The position numbers and the translations under genes are program-made. A stretch of 64,000 nucleotides of DNA, from IMG/VR virus record IMGVR_UViG_3300010234_000004, positions 38,603-102,602 of that record. One strand, written 5' to 3'. Within the stretch, counting starts at the first letter, position 1, and each line of letters opens with the position of its first letter. Shown here piece after piece: positions 10,233 to 20,968 of this stretch. Source of the stretch: a virus. A model generated the notes under the pieces. The model did no database searches. It saw nothing but the letters and a program-made list of their open reading frames with translations, and was not told the DNA's origin.

Positions 10233-11549
10233 ATGACCGCTATCCTCACTGATAATCTGAAGCGTGAGTTACTAGACCGGCTTCTAGCCTCAACAGATTC
10301 TGATAAATATTATATCGGTATCGGTCGTTCAGAACCATGGAACGATTCAGATATCGCTACTACTCCTGTCAATTGCCTATCAGACGTGAGAGGGTTCAGG
10401 ACTTCTATGCAGGCCGTCAAAATTGCACAGGATGTTACATTTTGCGTACCAAGAACCAATTGGGCATCTGGTACGACTTATGCGGCATATGATGACACAG
10501 TGTCGGGTCATACAACTCCATCATTTTTCGTATTCACCGATGAGAACAACGTTTACGCGTGTATAGAGCGCGGTAGAACCGCGTTAGGCGCAACGAAGGC
10601 CTCAACCATCAAGCCGACAGGACAGGCCACCTCGGCCTTCCAGACATCCGATGGGTACACTTGGAAATTCTTGTACACCATCACGACGGCGGTATCAACT
10701 AAATTTCTTTCATCGAATTTTATACCGGTTGAGTGGGTTGATTCGGATGAGGCCGCTGCTAACGTTGGTTCGGCACTCCAAAGAGCTGTTCAGACCGCTG
10801 CTACAGTAGGAGAGATTCTTTCGATTCCCGTCACTGCTGGTGGTTCGGGATACACCTCTGCACCGACTGTTACTATCAAAGGGAACGGGATCGGTGCTAC
10901 GGCCACTGCTACGATTGCTTCTGGCGCAGTAGTAAAAATTGAGATGGCTACTAGAGGGTCTGCATACGGATTTGCTGATGTGGCTATCACAGGCGGCGGT
11001 GGTTCGGGTGCGACGGCACGTGTAGTAATTGGTAACGCTGGTGGTTTTGGTTCCAATCCAGTTGATGATTTGAAGGCAAAGGCTCTAATGTTCAATATCA
11101 AGCCTGACGGTTTTGAAAATGAAGATTTTATCGTGGGTCAGGACTTCAGACAGATTGGCATCATCCAAAATCCCGAAGACTATGCTGGGACCGCATATGT
11201 AGGATCAACTGGTAGTACACTCAAAAAGATTGTGCTTTCGTCTCCAGGCGAAGCTGGAACGTTCGCCCTTGATCAGACATTCACGGGCAATACCACTTCG
11301 AATCAGGCATTGGTGGACTATATCGACTCAGACACGATTTTTTATCATCAAAATACGACTACTGGGTTCGGTTCATTTGACAGTGATGCTACTATTACTG
11401 CGCCGGGCGCGTCGGGCACGATCTCTCAACATATAGATAGTGCAGATGTTGATTTTATGTCGGGTAAGGTTTTGGTTGTCGACAACCGAAGCGCCATTAC
11501 GCGAGATGCGAATCAGACTGAAGATATCAAAGTAATTATCCAGATTTAA
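10233..11549 (+). CDS. gp8: Baseplate wedge subunit gp8
   Basis: YYIGIGRSEPW; VPRTNW; DGYTWKFLY; FRQIGIIQNP; QTEDIKVIIQI. Confidence 0.88.
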   Translation: MTAILTDNLKRELLDRLLASTDSDKYYIGIGRSEPWNDSDIATTPVNCLSDVRGFRTSMQAVKIAQDVTFCVPRTNWASGTTYAAYDDTVSGHTTPSFFVFTDENNVYACIERGRTALGATKASTIKPTGQATSAFQTSDGYTWKFLYTITTAVSTKFLSSNFIPVEWVDSDEAAANVGSALQRAVQTAATVGEILSIPVTAGGSGYTSAPTVTIKGNGIGATATATIASGAVVKIEMATRGSAYGFADVAITGGGGSGATARVVIGNAGGFGSNPVDDLKAKALMFNIKPDGFENEDFIVGQDFRQIGIIQNPEDYAGTAYVGSTGSTLKKIVLSSPGEAGTFALDQTFTGNTTSNQALVDYIDSDTIFYHQNTTTGFGSFDSDATITAPGASGTISQHIDSADVDFMSGKVLVVDNRSAITRDANQTEDIKVIIQI

Positions 11550-11559
11550 GGCACTCAAG

Positions 11560-14500
11560 ATGACATCAAGCTACATACAAAATACATTCGAGAACGTCTA
11601 TAAGGATGATTATTCAGACAGCGCGGGTTTTCATCGAATCTTGTTTAATGCTGGCCGACCTGTTCAGGGTCGTGAACTTATTCAAGCACAGACAATCATC
11701 CAAAAAGAGATTAAGCGGTTTGGGGATAACATCTTCAAAGATGGGGGTGCTGTAAACCCCTCCCAAAACATTAAATGTAACACACGTCACCATTTCGTTA
11801 AGCTGTTGCCGTCAGATGATCCGACCACTGCAACACTTCTTACCACGTTCACTGGGGCAACATCTGGTGTGAGTGGTAAGCTGTTTGAATATAGAGAGAC
11901 TGAGCATGGTGATCCGCCAACGATCTTCGTACAATATACCGAAGGTGGTGGGGTTCTTGGAGTTAATAGTTTTACTGCTGGTGAAACAATCTCGAACGGC
12001 GCTGTCACATTTACAGTTCAGACAACCAATACTGAAGCTAATCCAGCGACTGGACGCTGTACCAAAATTTCAGTTGGTGATGGTGACTTCTACACACAAG
12101 GACATTTCACATATGGTGAAGCGCAGTCCCTGATTATCGACAAGTATTCACCATTCGGAACCGCCATTGTCGGTTTCAAGGTATCTGAATCTATCGTCTC
12201 TGCGACTGACGATATATCCCTCTATGATAACCAAGGCGATTTACCCAACCTGACCGCTCCGGGCGCTGATCGATATAAGATTAACTTAACACTGGTTAAC
12301 GATTCTGATGTTGCAGCCGAAGAAACATTCGTGTACATCGCCAACATTCAAAATGGTGAGGTGGTTCAGACCAACAATGGTCGTGATGACTATAACCGAA
12401 TTCTTGACCTTATGGCGGAACGCACGCATGAAGAATCTGGTAACTATGCGGTTCGACCTTTCTTTATTACTTTTGAAGCTGACAGTGCAGACACACACCT
12501 TCTGGTTAACACTCCTGCCAGCGTTGGGTATGTTGATGGATACCGCATTGAAACGCTGAATGAAAAGTTGCGGATTCCCAAACCTACATCCACAGAACTG
12601 GTAAACAACGACGGTGTTTCTGCCGAATATGGAAATTACCTGTTGGTCAACACCGTTGTCGGTCTTCCCGACCTGACCTCATATGAGAAGATCAATCTGG
12701 TCGATAGTGATGTTTATGCATCCGGTAATGTTATCGGAACCAGCCGCGTGCGGAGTATCGTGGACGAAGGTTCTGGGACATTCAAATTCTACATGTTCGA
12801 CACGAAAATGCATACTGGCAAAAACTTCCGTAGTGTGAAGGCTGTCGGTACTGGTGCCAGCAACAACGCTAAAATCACACTTGAAAGTAATGTCGCGGTT
12901 CTAAAAGATCGTAAAAATAGTAATCTACTTTTCTCCCTACCAAAAGAACGCCCGTCCTCCATTTCGGCGGCTGACTACACATATTCAGTTGTTCGACATG
13001 CATCTAAGACGGTTTCTACGAACACGATCACATTGACGAAGGGTACAGGCGAAAGCTTCACGTCAACCGATGAGTGGATTTTCACTGACCAAGGCGCAAG
13101 TGGTGTACAAATCACCGCAACAAACATTAACACAACGACAGGCTTGGTTACGTTCACGTCGGCCACTGGACCAGTTGACGCGGTTTACAATATTCAAAAA
13201 GGTGGGGTTGGTGCACCTACTCCCTACAAAACGAAAACGCTAAACGAATCCACAGTCACTGCATCCGTAACAACAGATTCCGATGGAACATATGTTGACT
13301 TAGGTAAGGTTGATATTTTCTCGGTGTCACGCGTGCGTGCAATCGACTCAGACGGTGCTGACCTTAGTTCGCGGTTCTATGTTGACAACGGACAAAGAGA
13401 CAACTATTACGATCATGGTCGCATGGTGGTTGCCCCTGGGACAGCTACTCCAGCGGGTAACGTATTTGTTCGATTTAAGCATTTCGATCATTCTGGTGTT
13501 GGTGACTTCTTCTGCATCAATTCCTATGATACGGTTTCTGATATTACATACGCAACGGTCCCAAGCCATCGCCAAACGAACGGTGAGACTGTTCCGCTGC
13601 GTGATGTTCTGGACTTCCGTCCTACTATTGACGACACTGGAACAGAATTTACAGGCACGGGTGGTCTGGTATCTGAACTCCCCCAAAATACTGATCTGGT
13701 GACCATTGATACCACGTATTACCTGCCACGTAAAGATCGGCTTCTTCTGAACCGCAGAGCCAAACTGTCATATGTTACTGGCGAGCCAGACTTTGATCCT
13801 AAGCCACCAAGCACAAATGACGCAATGCTCTTGTATGAAGTTGACATGCGACCCAACACGCTTAACGAACAAGATTTGGGTGTAGAATATATCGACAATC
13901 GCCGCTGGACAATGCGTGATATCAGCATTCTACACAAGAAAATTGAGGCGGTCGAAGAGACTGCGGTATTGAGCCTGTTGGATATTCAGGCGTCTACGCT
14001 TGAAGTTCTTGATAATGACGGCCTATCGCGTACTAAAGCCGGATTCCTGACTGACGATTTCAGAGACCATCGTGCAGCACGCGTGGATGATTTGGAATAT
14101 CGTGCAGCGATTGATCCTACGCAAGGCATCATGAGGCCAGCATTTCGTGAAAAGAATGTCGGACTGCTGTTTGATTCTGCTGACGGTGCAACGACTTCTA
14201 CGATTTTGAAATCCGATGCGGTTATGCTGGACTACACGGAAGAGTTGTTCATTAGTCAACCGCTTTGTTCAGGCACTGAAAACGTTAACCCGTATACAAT
14301 CATGTATTTTGAAGGCACATTGATTTTGTCACCGGCTTCCGACGAATCCCGTGACGTGGTAAACTTTAGCTTGCGCGGGGATCGCCGTAGTGAAATCGGT
14401 ATTGAAACGTTCCTCCAGCGTGTGCTTGGTCAGCAAGATACCAATTCGGTATTCGAAAACCTTACACGTAACCAGCGGTCGCAGTTTATTCGTAACAGAA

Positions 14501-16833
14501 TTTCAGTAGAAGAAGCGACCAATTTCACGTCTTCCGGCTCATTGGAAGAGGCTATCAACACGCTTCCCCCGCAACAGAACCAGATTTTGGCTCAGGTCTT
14601 CGATACAATTTCACCAACATGGCGTGAATACACGTGGGGTTGGGCTGGTATTGATAGAAGCGCCAATGGCTCGTCACAGGGTGTTGGACCCGGCGTCACA
14701 GACGGTTCAACGTTCGGACGTTTCGCCACTAGATTGTTTACCCCGCGTATTCGCGCACGTGAGATTCGTATGCGTGCGGTCGGGTTGCTTCCAAATGCAC
14801 GTCATTGGCCTTTCTTTGACGACATTGATGTTAGCAATTATTGTGTCCAGAACCAGCGTATCGGTGTTGGCGACTTCCCGTCCATTAACTGGGAGTTTTC
14901 AAGACGTGAGAGCAACTGGCAGTGGTCTGGCTTTAACGGTCGCCTTTTCCAGCGTGCACGTAGTAACAACTGGCACCCGTTTTGGGGAACCACAGCACCG
15001 ACAGATGAGCAAAAGTCTCTCATATCAAGTAGTAACGGAACTATCAATGCTTCGTTCTTCATGCCAAACAATGAGGAGCTTTGGTTCTGGTCTGGCGTAA
15101 AGGTTATGAAGTTGGTGGATGTTTCCGATGGCAACATCGACAACGCAGTATCTCATTGCAATGGCATCTACTCAGCCGAAGGATCAATTGATGTTCGGTG
15201 GAGAATCATTCCGCCGCCACCACCACCTCCTCCTCCACCACCACCTTCAGGCGGCGGTTCGGGTGTAGCATCTGGCAACCGCCCCGATCCAACAGGTTAC
15301 GGTGATCCTATTGCTCAGTCGTTTATGGTCGAAAACTCCGCTGGCGTGTTCATAACAAAAGTATCTGGATACTTCAAAGCTAAGGATGATACAATTCCCG
15401 TGGCCGCATTCCTTGTGCCAATGATGAATGGTTATCCCATGGGACTTTCGCCCTATGCGGGAGCGTATAAGGTTCTTGCACCATCTGAGGTTAATATCTC
15501 CGATGATGCGACTGCTGTCACGCATTTTGAATTTGATCGTCCGGTGTATCTCCCACCGGGAGAACATGCATTGATTTTCAAATCTAATTCATTTGATTAC
15601 AGGGTCTATATTTCTCGCGTTGGAGAGTTTGTCTTGGGTACGACCCTGAAGAAGATTACTAAACAGCCTACCTTTGGGTCTCTGTTCAAGTCGCAGAACT
15701 CATCTACATGGTCTGCGTCTCAGTGGGAAGACCTGAAAATGGATATCTATCGGGCCGAATTTGCGACGGACGGTGTTGCTATCTTCAAAAATGATGATTT
15801 TACATCTAAGCTTCTTGTACCAAATCCATTCCTATTCGATAGTGGGGATGCAACGGTTCGGGTTATCCATCCAAACCATAACTTGATGGTCAACGATGTG
15901 CAATATTTCCACGGTGTGGATAGTGCACAATCGTATCCTATGAGCGTCAATTCTATTGTGGGTAATCGCACGATTACGGCAGTTGATGGAACGGGTTATA
16001 CCTTTGAGGCTGATTCGGCTGCGACTAGCGATGCCAGAACCGGTGGTGAAGGTGTGTGGACTTGTGACAACCTCATGATGGACTTGGTAGTGCCTTCCAT
16101 TGACGTAGTTAACCAAATCGGTACTACTACTGCACTGAAAGGTAAATTTACATCAGGTAAGTCATTAGCTGGTCTCGAAACACCATATGGTCTGGAATCC
16201 ACATTCAGTCATAATCTTGTACCATATGAGGAATACCAGTTTAACGCTCCACGCATGGTGGTCGGTGAAGAACTGGAAGGTGAGGTCGGATATCCTACCA
16301 AATCGTCGTATGTTCAAGCCACATTACACACCGACAACACGTGGGTGTCTCCGGTGATTCACGCAGACAGATGTTCGTTGACTGGTATTCATAACCTGAT
16401 CGACAATCAAGATTCTGCTGCAACGGTTGGCTGGAATGTGCCGTTGAGTTACATCGATGAAACTGATCCATTCGGCGGCACACAGTTGGCCAAGTACGTC
16501 ACTAAGCCAGTCACCTTAGAGGAAGACGCAGTAGGCTTGAAGATCATCTACGCGGCCAACAGACCGTCTGTAGCGGGCATCAAGGTGTACTACAAGACGA
16601 TTGACGATGACGGTGATATCAACACTGAGCCATGGACGTTGATTGATCTGGAAGCTCCTATACGAAGCGACGAAGACCCTACGAAATTCAGGGAGCATCG
16701 TCACCTTGTTGGGGGGATTGCTGGATTGGATACACCATTCAATACGTTCCAAGTCAAAATTGTTATGACCTCAACCAACAGTTCTAAGGTTCCGGTATTC
16801 AGGGATTTCAGAGCAATTGCATTGACCATCTAA
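11560..16833 (+). CDS. Large virion structural protein, VrlC/DUF4815-like
   Basis: YKDDY..FHRILFNAGRPVQGRELIQAQ; APGADRYKI; RTHEESGNY; DPIAQSF; 1757 aa after gp8 as in cyanophage-type T4-likes. Confidence 0.8.
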   Translation: MTSSYIQNTFENVYKDDYSDSAGFHRILFNAGRPVQGRELIQAQTIIQKEIKRFGDNIFKDGGAVNPSQNIKCNTRHHFVKLLPSDDPTTATLLTTFTGATSGVSGKLFEYRETEHGDPPTIFVQYTEGGGVLGVNSFTAGETISNGAVTFTVQTTNTEANPATGRCTKISVGDGDFYTQGHFTYGEAQSLIIDKYSPFGTAIVGFKVSESIVSATDDISLYDNQGDLPNLTAPGADRYKINLTLVNDSDVAAEETFVYIANIQNGEVVQTNNGRDDYNRILDLMAERTHEESGNYAVRPFFITFEADSADTHLLVNTPASVGYVDGYRIETLNEKLRIPKPTSTELVNNDGVSAEYGNYLLVNTVVGLPDLTSYEKINLVDSDVYASGNVIGTSRVRSIVDEGSGTFKFYMFDTKMHTGKNFRSVKAVGTGASNNAKITLESNVAVLKDRKNSNLLFSLPKERPSSISAADYTYSVVRHASKTVSTNTITLTKGTGESFTSTDEWIFTDQGASGVQITATNINTTTGLVTFTSATGPVDAVYNIQKGGVGAPTPYKTKTLNESTVTASVTTDSDGTYVDLGKVDIFSVSRVRAIDSDGADLSSRFYVDNGQRDNYYDHGRMVVAPGTATPAGNVFVRFKHFDHSGVGDFFCINSYDTVSDITYATVPSHRQTNGETVPLRDVLDFRPTIDDTGTEFTGTGGLVSELPQNTDLVTIDTTYYLPRKDRLLLNRRAKLSYVTGEPDFDPKPPSTNDAMLLYEVDMRPNTLNEQDLGVEYIDNRRWTMRDISILHKKIEAVEETAVLSLLDIQASTLEVLDNDGLSRTKAGFLTDDFRDHRAARVDDLEYRAAIDPTQGIMRPAFREKNVGLLFDSADGATTSTILKSDAVMLDYTEELFISQPLCSGTENVNPYTIMYFEGTLILSPASDESRDVVNFSLRGDRRSEIGIETFLQRVLGQQDTNSVFENLTRNQRSQFIRNRISVEEATNFTSSGSLEEAINTLPPQQNQILAQVFDTISPTWREYTWGWAGIDRSANGSSQGVGPGVTDGSTFGRFATRLFTPRIRAREIRMRAVGLLPNARHWPFFDDIDVSNYCVQNQRIGVGDFPSINWEFSRRESNWQWSGFNGRLFQRARSNNWHPFWGTTAPTDEQKSLISSSNGTINASFFMPNNEELWFWSGVKVMKLVDVSDGNIDNAVSHCNGIYSAEGSIDVRWRIIPPPPPPPPPPPPSGGGSGVASGNRPDPTGYGDPIAQSFMVENSAGVFITKVSGYFKAKDDTIPVAAFLVPMMNGYPMGLSPYAGAYKVLAPSEVNISDDATAVTHFEFDRPVYLPPGEHALIFKSNSFDYRVYISRVGEFVLGTTLKKITKQPTFGSLFKSQNSSTWSASQWEDLKMDIYRAEFATDGVAIFKNDDFTSKLLVPNPFLFDSGDATVRVIHPNHNLMVNDVQYFHGVDSAQSYPMSVNSIVGNRTITAVDGTGYTFEADSAATSDARTGGEGVWTCDNLMMDLVVPSIDVVNQIGTTTALKGKFTSGKSLAGLETPYGLESTFSHNLVPYEEYQFNAPRMVVGEELEGEVGYPTKSSYVQATLHTDNTWVSPVIHADRCSLTGIHNLIDNQDSAATVGWNVPLSYIDETDPFGGTQLAKYVTKPVTLEEDAVGLKIIYAANRPSVAGIKVYYKTIDDDGDINTEPWTLIDLEAPIRSDEDPTKFREHRHLVGGIAGLDTPFNTFQVKIVMTSTNSSKVPVFRDFRAIALTI
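15211..15246 (+). repeat. Poly-proline (P12) coding tract
   Basis: Run of CCN codons in the VrlC-like gene. Confidence 0.9.
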
Positions 16834-17039
16834 TGGCCACTATGAAGATAAAAGAGCAGCCACATCTTGTAAAGGATGTGGCCTCTGGTGCAGTTATAAA
16901 TACTAACAAGGACGAAATCCTTTCGGCCAAAAAGCGTAAGGCTGCACGCATGGCGGAAAAGGAACGTATAAATAACTTAGAGCATGAAGTGGAAGAGATG
17001 CGTGAAATCATCAAAATGCTTATCAGGGAAACCAAATGA
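16833..17039 (+). CDS. Small conserved protein downstream of the VrlC-like gene
   Basis: LVKDVASGAVINTN plus coiled-coil tail; contains two TATAAATA boxes (16895, 16967). Confidence 0.65.
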   Translation: MATMKIKEQPHLVKDVASGAVINTNKDEILSAKKRKAARMAEKERINNLEHEVEEMREIIKMLIRETK

Positions 17040-17515
17040 CACAGATTACCAGTAATGATACATTCGCTGAGTGGATCACACAATATAACAGCCTAGATTC
17101 TGATTTTAGAACGGGCGGATTGACTCGTACATCGATTAGTGTCGCGGACACTGGTGGATTGGGCGGATTGTCTTATAACTCCGTGACCGGCATCATCACT
17201 TATACTGGAGCGTCAGATTCTGATGTGAGAAATCTATTCTCGGTCGGCTCTGGATTAACGTATGATAGTGCTACCGGACAGTTCGACGCGACGGTCGTGA
17301 ATAACGCGTCGGAAACTGTCTTGGGTATTGCATCATTCGATTCTGACGCTTTCACTGTCACCGCTGGTCATGTTTCATTGGACGCTTTGACAATCACTAC
17401 TTCTCAGATTGCGACCGATGCAGTAACTGCCGCTAAGCTCTCTAATTTGACAACACTGGTCGTGTATAATTCGGCTGGGTCTGCGGTGAAAACACTATAC
17501 GGAGCGGGAAGCTAA
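17036..17515 (+). CDS. Fibre/baseplate accessory structural protein
   Basis: NDTFAEW N-terminus, SYNSVTGIITY and AVTAAKL fibre repeats. Confidence 0.6.
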   Translation: MTQITSNDTFAEWITQYNSLDSDFRTGGLTRTSISVADTGGLGGLSYNSVTGIITYTGASDSDVRNLFSVGSGLTYDSATGQFDATVVNNASETVLGIASFDSDAFTVTAGHVSLDALTITTSQIATDAVTAAKLSNLTTLVVYNSAGSAVKTLYGAGS

Positions 17516-17521
17516 TATATT

Positions 17522-19102
17522 ATGACTGCAAGAACCCCCTTAAAACTGGACTCTGATAACTCGCTGATCGAAATGACGGCTGGGGAAATTGGTAGGATTG
17601 TCAGGCACTGTAAATACCTCTATGGCCTAAATCCATCAGTGGGTGTTAAGTGGATTGATTCTTCGGGTACGCTTGGAACCCTGACGGATACCCGCGTTAT
17701 TGCTGGTGTAATGTCCAATGATAACGCTTCCTTTCCCAATGAGACGACGACGGCTGAACCTGGGTCGACCTCTAATGATTATGCACGAATGAGTGATAGT
17801 GCTGTCTCAGCAACGGTGGCCACTCCAGATACAAATAATCTGGCGTTCCCATGTTACCAAATTGCGGGTAACATTTACGCTATGACGGATTCAGATTTGT
17901 ATGATACCTTTATCCACCCTGCTATAACAGAATTGGTGGACGGTACAGATCAACCCGGCACATTTAGAATTCACACGGCCAGTACTTTGGCCGGTCACAC
18001 AGTTATTGGCGGTTCGAAATCAGTTGTATCGGTTCCAACGTTCGTATCCAGCCAGACATCGTCAACCACATCAATGACCTATCCAAGCGGGATTCAGGCC
18101 AATGATATAATTGTATTTGCACAGTGTCAGGATACCGTTGGCACTTATGCCGTTCCGACGGATACGGTTACGGGAACCTATACACAATCTGAAGGTTATA
18201 ATTCAGATAACCCATCATTTCAAATATGCTATAAAGTGGCCAACGGTGATGAATCTGGTACTACTCTCTCATGGTCTGAGTCGTCTTCGGCAACAATATG
18301 TCAGGTTTGGAGAGGGTGTGATTACGCTGGCACTCCACTAGAAATCGGAACCAGAAAAGGTTCATCCGGATCAACATACAACTGGAATTATGTCACCACA
18401 ACGACAGATAATAACACCATCCTCCAATTCATGTTTCTGGATGATGATAACACGACTATCAGCTTTGGGGATGCAAGTTCAACCAATGTGATCACGCTGG
18501 GAAGAACCGCTGCATCTATTGGTAGTGCTGCAAATTTTCAGAGATATGCAGGCACACACCAACCGCCTAATTCCACTGGTACAGCCGACGCATACCAGAC
18601 ACAAGTAGTCGTTTTGCGTGGTGAGACTGTCACCGAAACCACGAATCCGGTATTTCTTGATTCGCGTGCCGATACTACAATGTACTCGGCGGGTGGTATT
18701 GGTGAACAGCTTGATCAGCCTGTGACGGTAACTGAATTTTACCTCATGCAGACGGATGCTGACTCCGACGAAACTTTTCCCTTGCCTGTTTATATCAGGA
18801 CTGATCTGGACTCGGCGGCTCAAAGCTGGGTTGGTATTCAGGAGTTCGATTCGGCCAGTATCAGCGACATTTTCAGTAACAGCATTCGCCATGTTGCAAC
18901 GTCCGTATCACCATCGATTATTTCATATAACATAGACGGTGCAGGGAATAATAGAGGATCAGGCATCACTGATACCATCTTAACAGGCGGCTCTGGCACC
19001 CGCGTCACCCGACAAGTCGACGACGATTATCGTGCCCAAGAACTTCCGGATGGAACGCCATCGACTGCAACCACATCATATCTACGTATCACGAAGGCAT
19101 AA
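17522..19102 (+). CDS. Virion structural protein, T/S/D-rich, with an inserted beta-rich domain
   Basis: 526 aa in the structural operon; YRAQELPDG C-terminal motif. Confidence 0.55.
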   Translation: MTARTPLKLDSDNSLIEMTAGEIGRIVRHCKYLYGLNPSVGVKWIDSSGTLGTLTDTRVIAGVMSNDNASFPNETTTAEPGSTSNDYARMSDSAVSATVATPDTNNLAFPCYQIAGNIYAMTDSDLYDTFIHPAITELVDGTDQPGTFRIHTASTLAGHTVIGGSKSVVSVPTFVSSQTSSTTSMTYPSGIQANDIIVFAQCQDTVGTYAVPTDTVTGTYTQSEGYNSDNPSFQICYKVANGDESGTTLSWSESSSATICQVWRGCDYAGTPLEIGTRKGSSGSTYNWNYVTTTTDNNTILQFMFLDDDNTTISFGDASSTNVITLGRTAASIGSAANFQRYAGTHQPPNSTGTADAYQTQVVVLRGETVTETTNPVFLDSRADTTMYSAGGIGEQLDQPVTVTEFYLMQTDADSDETFPLPVYIRTDLDSAAQSWVGIQEFDSASISDIFSNSIRHVATSVSPSIISYNIDGAGNNRGSGITDTILTGGSGTRVTRQVDDDYRAQELPDGTPSTATTSYLRITKA

Positions 19103-19105
19103 CAC

Positions 19106-19660
19106 ATGAAGAATTTAGATTTTGTAACGGCACGCTTCACCGACAACGATAGAAAAACCATCCTATCGACTTGGACCGATGGAACAAGGGTCGTTGAAAC
19201 TTATTGTGAGGCTGCTGACAGGGACGCGCAGTACAGAGACCTTATCGCCAACCATTGCACACTAGACCAGATTCATGAAAACACGTGGACGTGGATTGGC
19301 CGTAGTCGCGAAGAGATAGATGATTATATCATTTCAATCGGTAAGAAGCGGGGAATGATCACCTCAGTTGGTGACGGTCTGACTGGTGACGTTTGGCATC
19401 TAATCACCAAGGCCTTGTTCACCGAAGACGTGGATAAGGAACAATTGTTCCTATTGAAGCTGGAGCTTTTTGAACTCGATTTCATCAAGGCGTGTAAAGA
19501 TCGTGGCCTGAAATCCAAGTTGCGGAAAGCCAAAACGGTATTAGAATCTATCAGTCTGGCAACAGAAATTCGGAATACCAAGGAAGAGGAGCCTGCTCCG
19601 AAGAAGAAGGCACCCGCGAAGAAGCGGAAGCCTCGCGCATCAAATCGTGTCTCTGATTAA
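19106..19660 (+). CDS. Hypothetical protein
   Basis: 184-aa ORF; EQLFLLKLELFE; overlaps convergent GT gene by 110 nt. Confidence 0.55.
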   Translation: MKNLDFVTARFTDNDRKTILSTWTDGTRVVETYCEAADRDAQYRDLIANHCTLDQIHENTWTWIGRSREEIDDYIISIGKKRGMITSVGDGLTGDVWHLITKALFTEDVDKEQLFLLKLELFELDFIKACKDRGLKSKLRKAKTVLESISLATEIRNTKEEEPAPKKKAPAKKRKPRASNRVSD

Positions 19661-20162
19661 ATAGATAAACGTCAAATTCATCTGAAGGCTCTGTGACTGT
19701 TTGGAAAGTGCAGTAACGATCTACCCTGCCATATCGATTGTATCCTATATTTTCGAATAGGAACTGATCCATACCAAGGCGGTATTTGAACAGATAATAC
19801 TCAGGGTCTTCCATAAACTTTTCATAAATGTATGACTGATCCCCCTTCCAAGATATGATATCTGAGCAGATCGGGGTATGGAAGGCGTTTCTCCACCAAG
19901 CATAACAGGTCGTCAAATCGCTTCTCAAGAAGTGATTACAGTCCCCCTTGATGATCACGTCAAGGTCAAAATAGATGTTCTGGCCGTCCCTGTACTTGTC
20001 AAACATCAACAGCTTGTTGAACACGCCATCATATAAGTCCTCATCCATTACTACGAATTCGTCATAGTTCAGACCCGAATATGTGTCCACCATATGGCGA
20101 AGATTGTCCTCCCACCATTTATCGAATTTCGTACCTGTACGCACGCAAATCACCCGAAGCAT
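19551..20162 (-). CDS. GT-A fold glycosyltransferase
   Basis: VICVRTGTKF; NKLLMF; YFDLDVII (DxD); MDQFL. Confidence 0.75.
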   Translation of the reverse strand: MLRVICVRTGTKFDKWWEDNLRHMVDTYSGLNYDEFVVMDEDLYDGVFNKLLMFDKYRDGQNIYFDLDVIIKGDCNHFLRSDLTTCYAWWRNAFHTPICSDIISWKGDQSYIYEKFMEDPEYYLFKYRLGMDQFLFENIGYNRYGRVDRYCTFQTVTEPSDEFDVYLFNQRHDLMREASASSRVPSSSEQAPLPWYSEFLLPD

Positions 20163-20968
20163 TGATCAAATTCCTTATTTACCATATGTGCCAGATAGCA
20201 CGATTGTTTGTTCAGGGTTCCGCTCTCGACAATAAAATTCCATGCCATGCTCAACTCATTGTGCGGAACGTTATTACTTTCAATTAAAAACGTCATGAAA
20301 CATTCGTTATTCGGTGTGAAGTGTTTGGATATGCGTCCATCGAAGAGTGTATCATCGATAGCCTCATGAACCAGATCGGTCATGAATTGCATGTTCTCCT
20401 TGAATTTCAACTTCTTTACTACTTCACGACCAGCAGCGATAACCCCCGTGTTGAAGACGTAGTCATGTCCCACGACATCATGTTCAATCATCATCATGCT
20501 TTTTTTGGCGGCAATCTTACAATACACGTTCATGGGGTCGAAATCTATTGTGTCCATGTAATTTGGGACACGCCATTTGACATGCATATTATCTCGTTCA
20601 GCCGGTCGGCCATTTCCCCCCACGTTCCCATAGTATTTGTATAGAGGGAGCATATTCATTTCATTCAAATTCACCATATCGAATATGCATGGTGCATCAT
20701 TCATTGGAATCACGTCGAAGTCGAGATACAACAGTTCATCAAACTCATTGGCCAGTTCTTCAAGAAGGCATACCTTATCCATCTGAATGTCGGGGTATTG
20801 GCTCGATTCGGTAGAGAGCAACCGATACTCAGCACCCATATTTTTTGCATATTGCGCCTGACGTTCCTCGATTTGTGTAGCATACTTCTTCATCTGATCG
20901 ATCTTGAATGATGGTTGATGGCTTGGAGCCATGTCATCATTCCATATGCTGTAGACGATTCTTTTCAT
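20150..20968 (-). CDS. GT-A fold glycosyltransferase (GT8/GT34-like)
   Basis: LLYLDFDVIP; FNTGVI; WNFIV; HMVNKEF; paralogue of 20937-21833. Confidence 0.75.
   Translation of the reverse strand: MKRIVYSIWNDDMAPSHQPSFKIDQMKKYATQIEERQAQYAKNMGAEYRLLSTESSQYPDIQMDKVCLLEELANEFDELLYLDFDVIPMNDAPCIFDMVNLNEMNMLPLYKYYGNVGGNGRPAERDNMHVKWRVPNYMDTIDFDPMNVYCKIAAKKSMMMIEHDVVGHDYVFNTGVIAAGREVVKKLKFKENMQFMTDLVHEAIDDTLFDGRISKHFTPNNECFMTFLIESNNVPHNELSMAWNFIVESGTLNKQSCYLAHMVNKEFDQCFG

Noticed and set aside
14624-15100. Overlapping alternative-frame ORFs within the VrlC-like gene and other structural genes
   Set aside because: No RBS or recognisable motifs; expected shadows of long ORFs.
15211-15246. Poly-proline tract as a phase-variable repeat
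   Set aside because: Mixed CCN codons in frame, so it is most simply a linker.
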